Below are positions 63,791-64,000 of a stretch of 64,000 bases of DNA, piece by piece. This DNA is from Carcharhinus longimanus. Lineage: Eukaryota. The notes under the pieces were generated by a model that saw only the letters and a program-made list of their open reading frames with translations, did no database searches and was not told the DNA's origin. The stretch is taken from positions 11,069,896 to 11,133,895 of the forward strand of contig JASCQW010000119.1 in assembly GCA_030264375.1 (NCBI GenBank), given 5' to 3'. A program made the translations under genes and the position numbers. Position 1 is the stretch's first letter. Each line of letters starts with the position of its first letter.

Positions 63791-64000
63791 CCCGAACTTG
63801 TTGTGATTAAGAAATTGCACGGACTAGTAGTTTTCTCCCACTCTCCTTCACTGGTCCAGTAAACCAATCCTCTTAATGATGGAATAAAGATACTGCAGCC
63901 CTTCCGCCATCTTAAGATTTATTTTCACGGCGATTGAAACTGATACATATACGTTGCACAAGTGAATTGAAGATTTCAAAGTCAAGATGACTCTATTTTG

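Noticed and set aside
1-64000. CRISPR arrays, operons or other prokaryotic systems
   Set aside because: The sequence is eukaryotic intronic DNA; no repeat-spacer arrays or dense ORFs.

Overview
Vertebrate genomic DNA, almost certainly cartilaginous fish (shark-type HE1/V-SINEs, abundant CR1 LINEs, Penelope-type ends), from a draft assembly with many N gaps. None of the ORFs in the six-frame track is a recognisable host gene; most are LINE or SINE debris. Reading splice signals directly shows that the whole 64 kb lies inside one + strand gene. Seventeen AG/GT-flanked, phase-1/phase-1 microexons run from 120 to 62222 and alternate strictly 27, 36, 27, 36 nt. Each pair is 63 nt (21 aa, three heptads). 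Spliced, they give a stop-free coiled-coil segment of about 177 aa: [E]VTFNQKLK-EIETLKKSLQDV-DKELTQKEK-ELETLKGICSDK-ELKLGRKDK-EVENVRKLVSEL-DEELRKKKA-EVTALQKKIHNL-DERVNQNDK-EMLKQKTNLSEA-EEQLQIKTK-GMENLKISLGEA-ESKLSSKIK-EIQKMKEAFFEF-DTKVESKEK-EVGKIRYQLVDC-EQRLNNKGK. The start and end of the gene lie outside the window and I cannot name it. The introns contain many CR1 fragments and SINEs, a decayed hAT transposase, and an RTE-type element with an HDV-like ribozyme fold. They also hold a U2 snRNA pseudogene interrupted by a hammerhead-bearing Penelope fragment, and a 15-bp pentapeptide-like tandem repeat. Repeat boundaries are approximate; exon boundaries were counted base by base.
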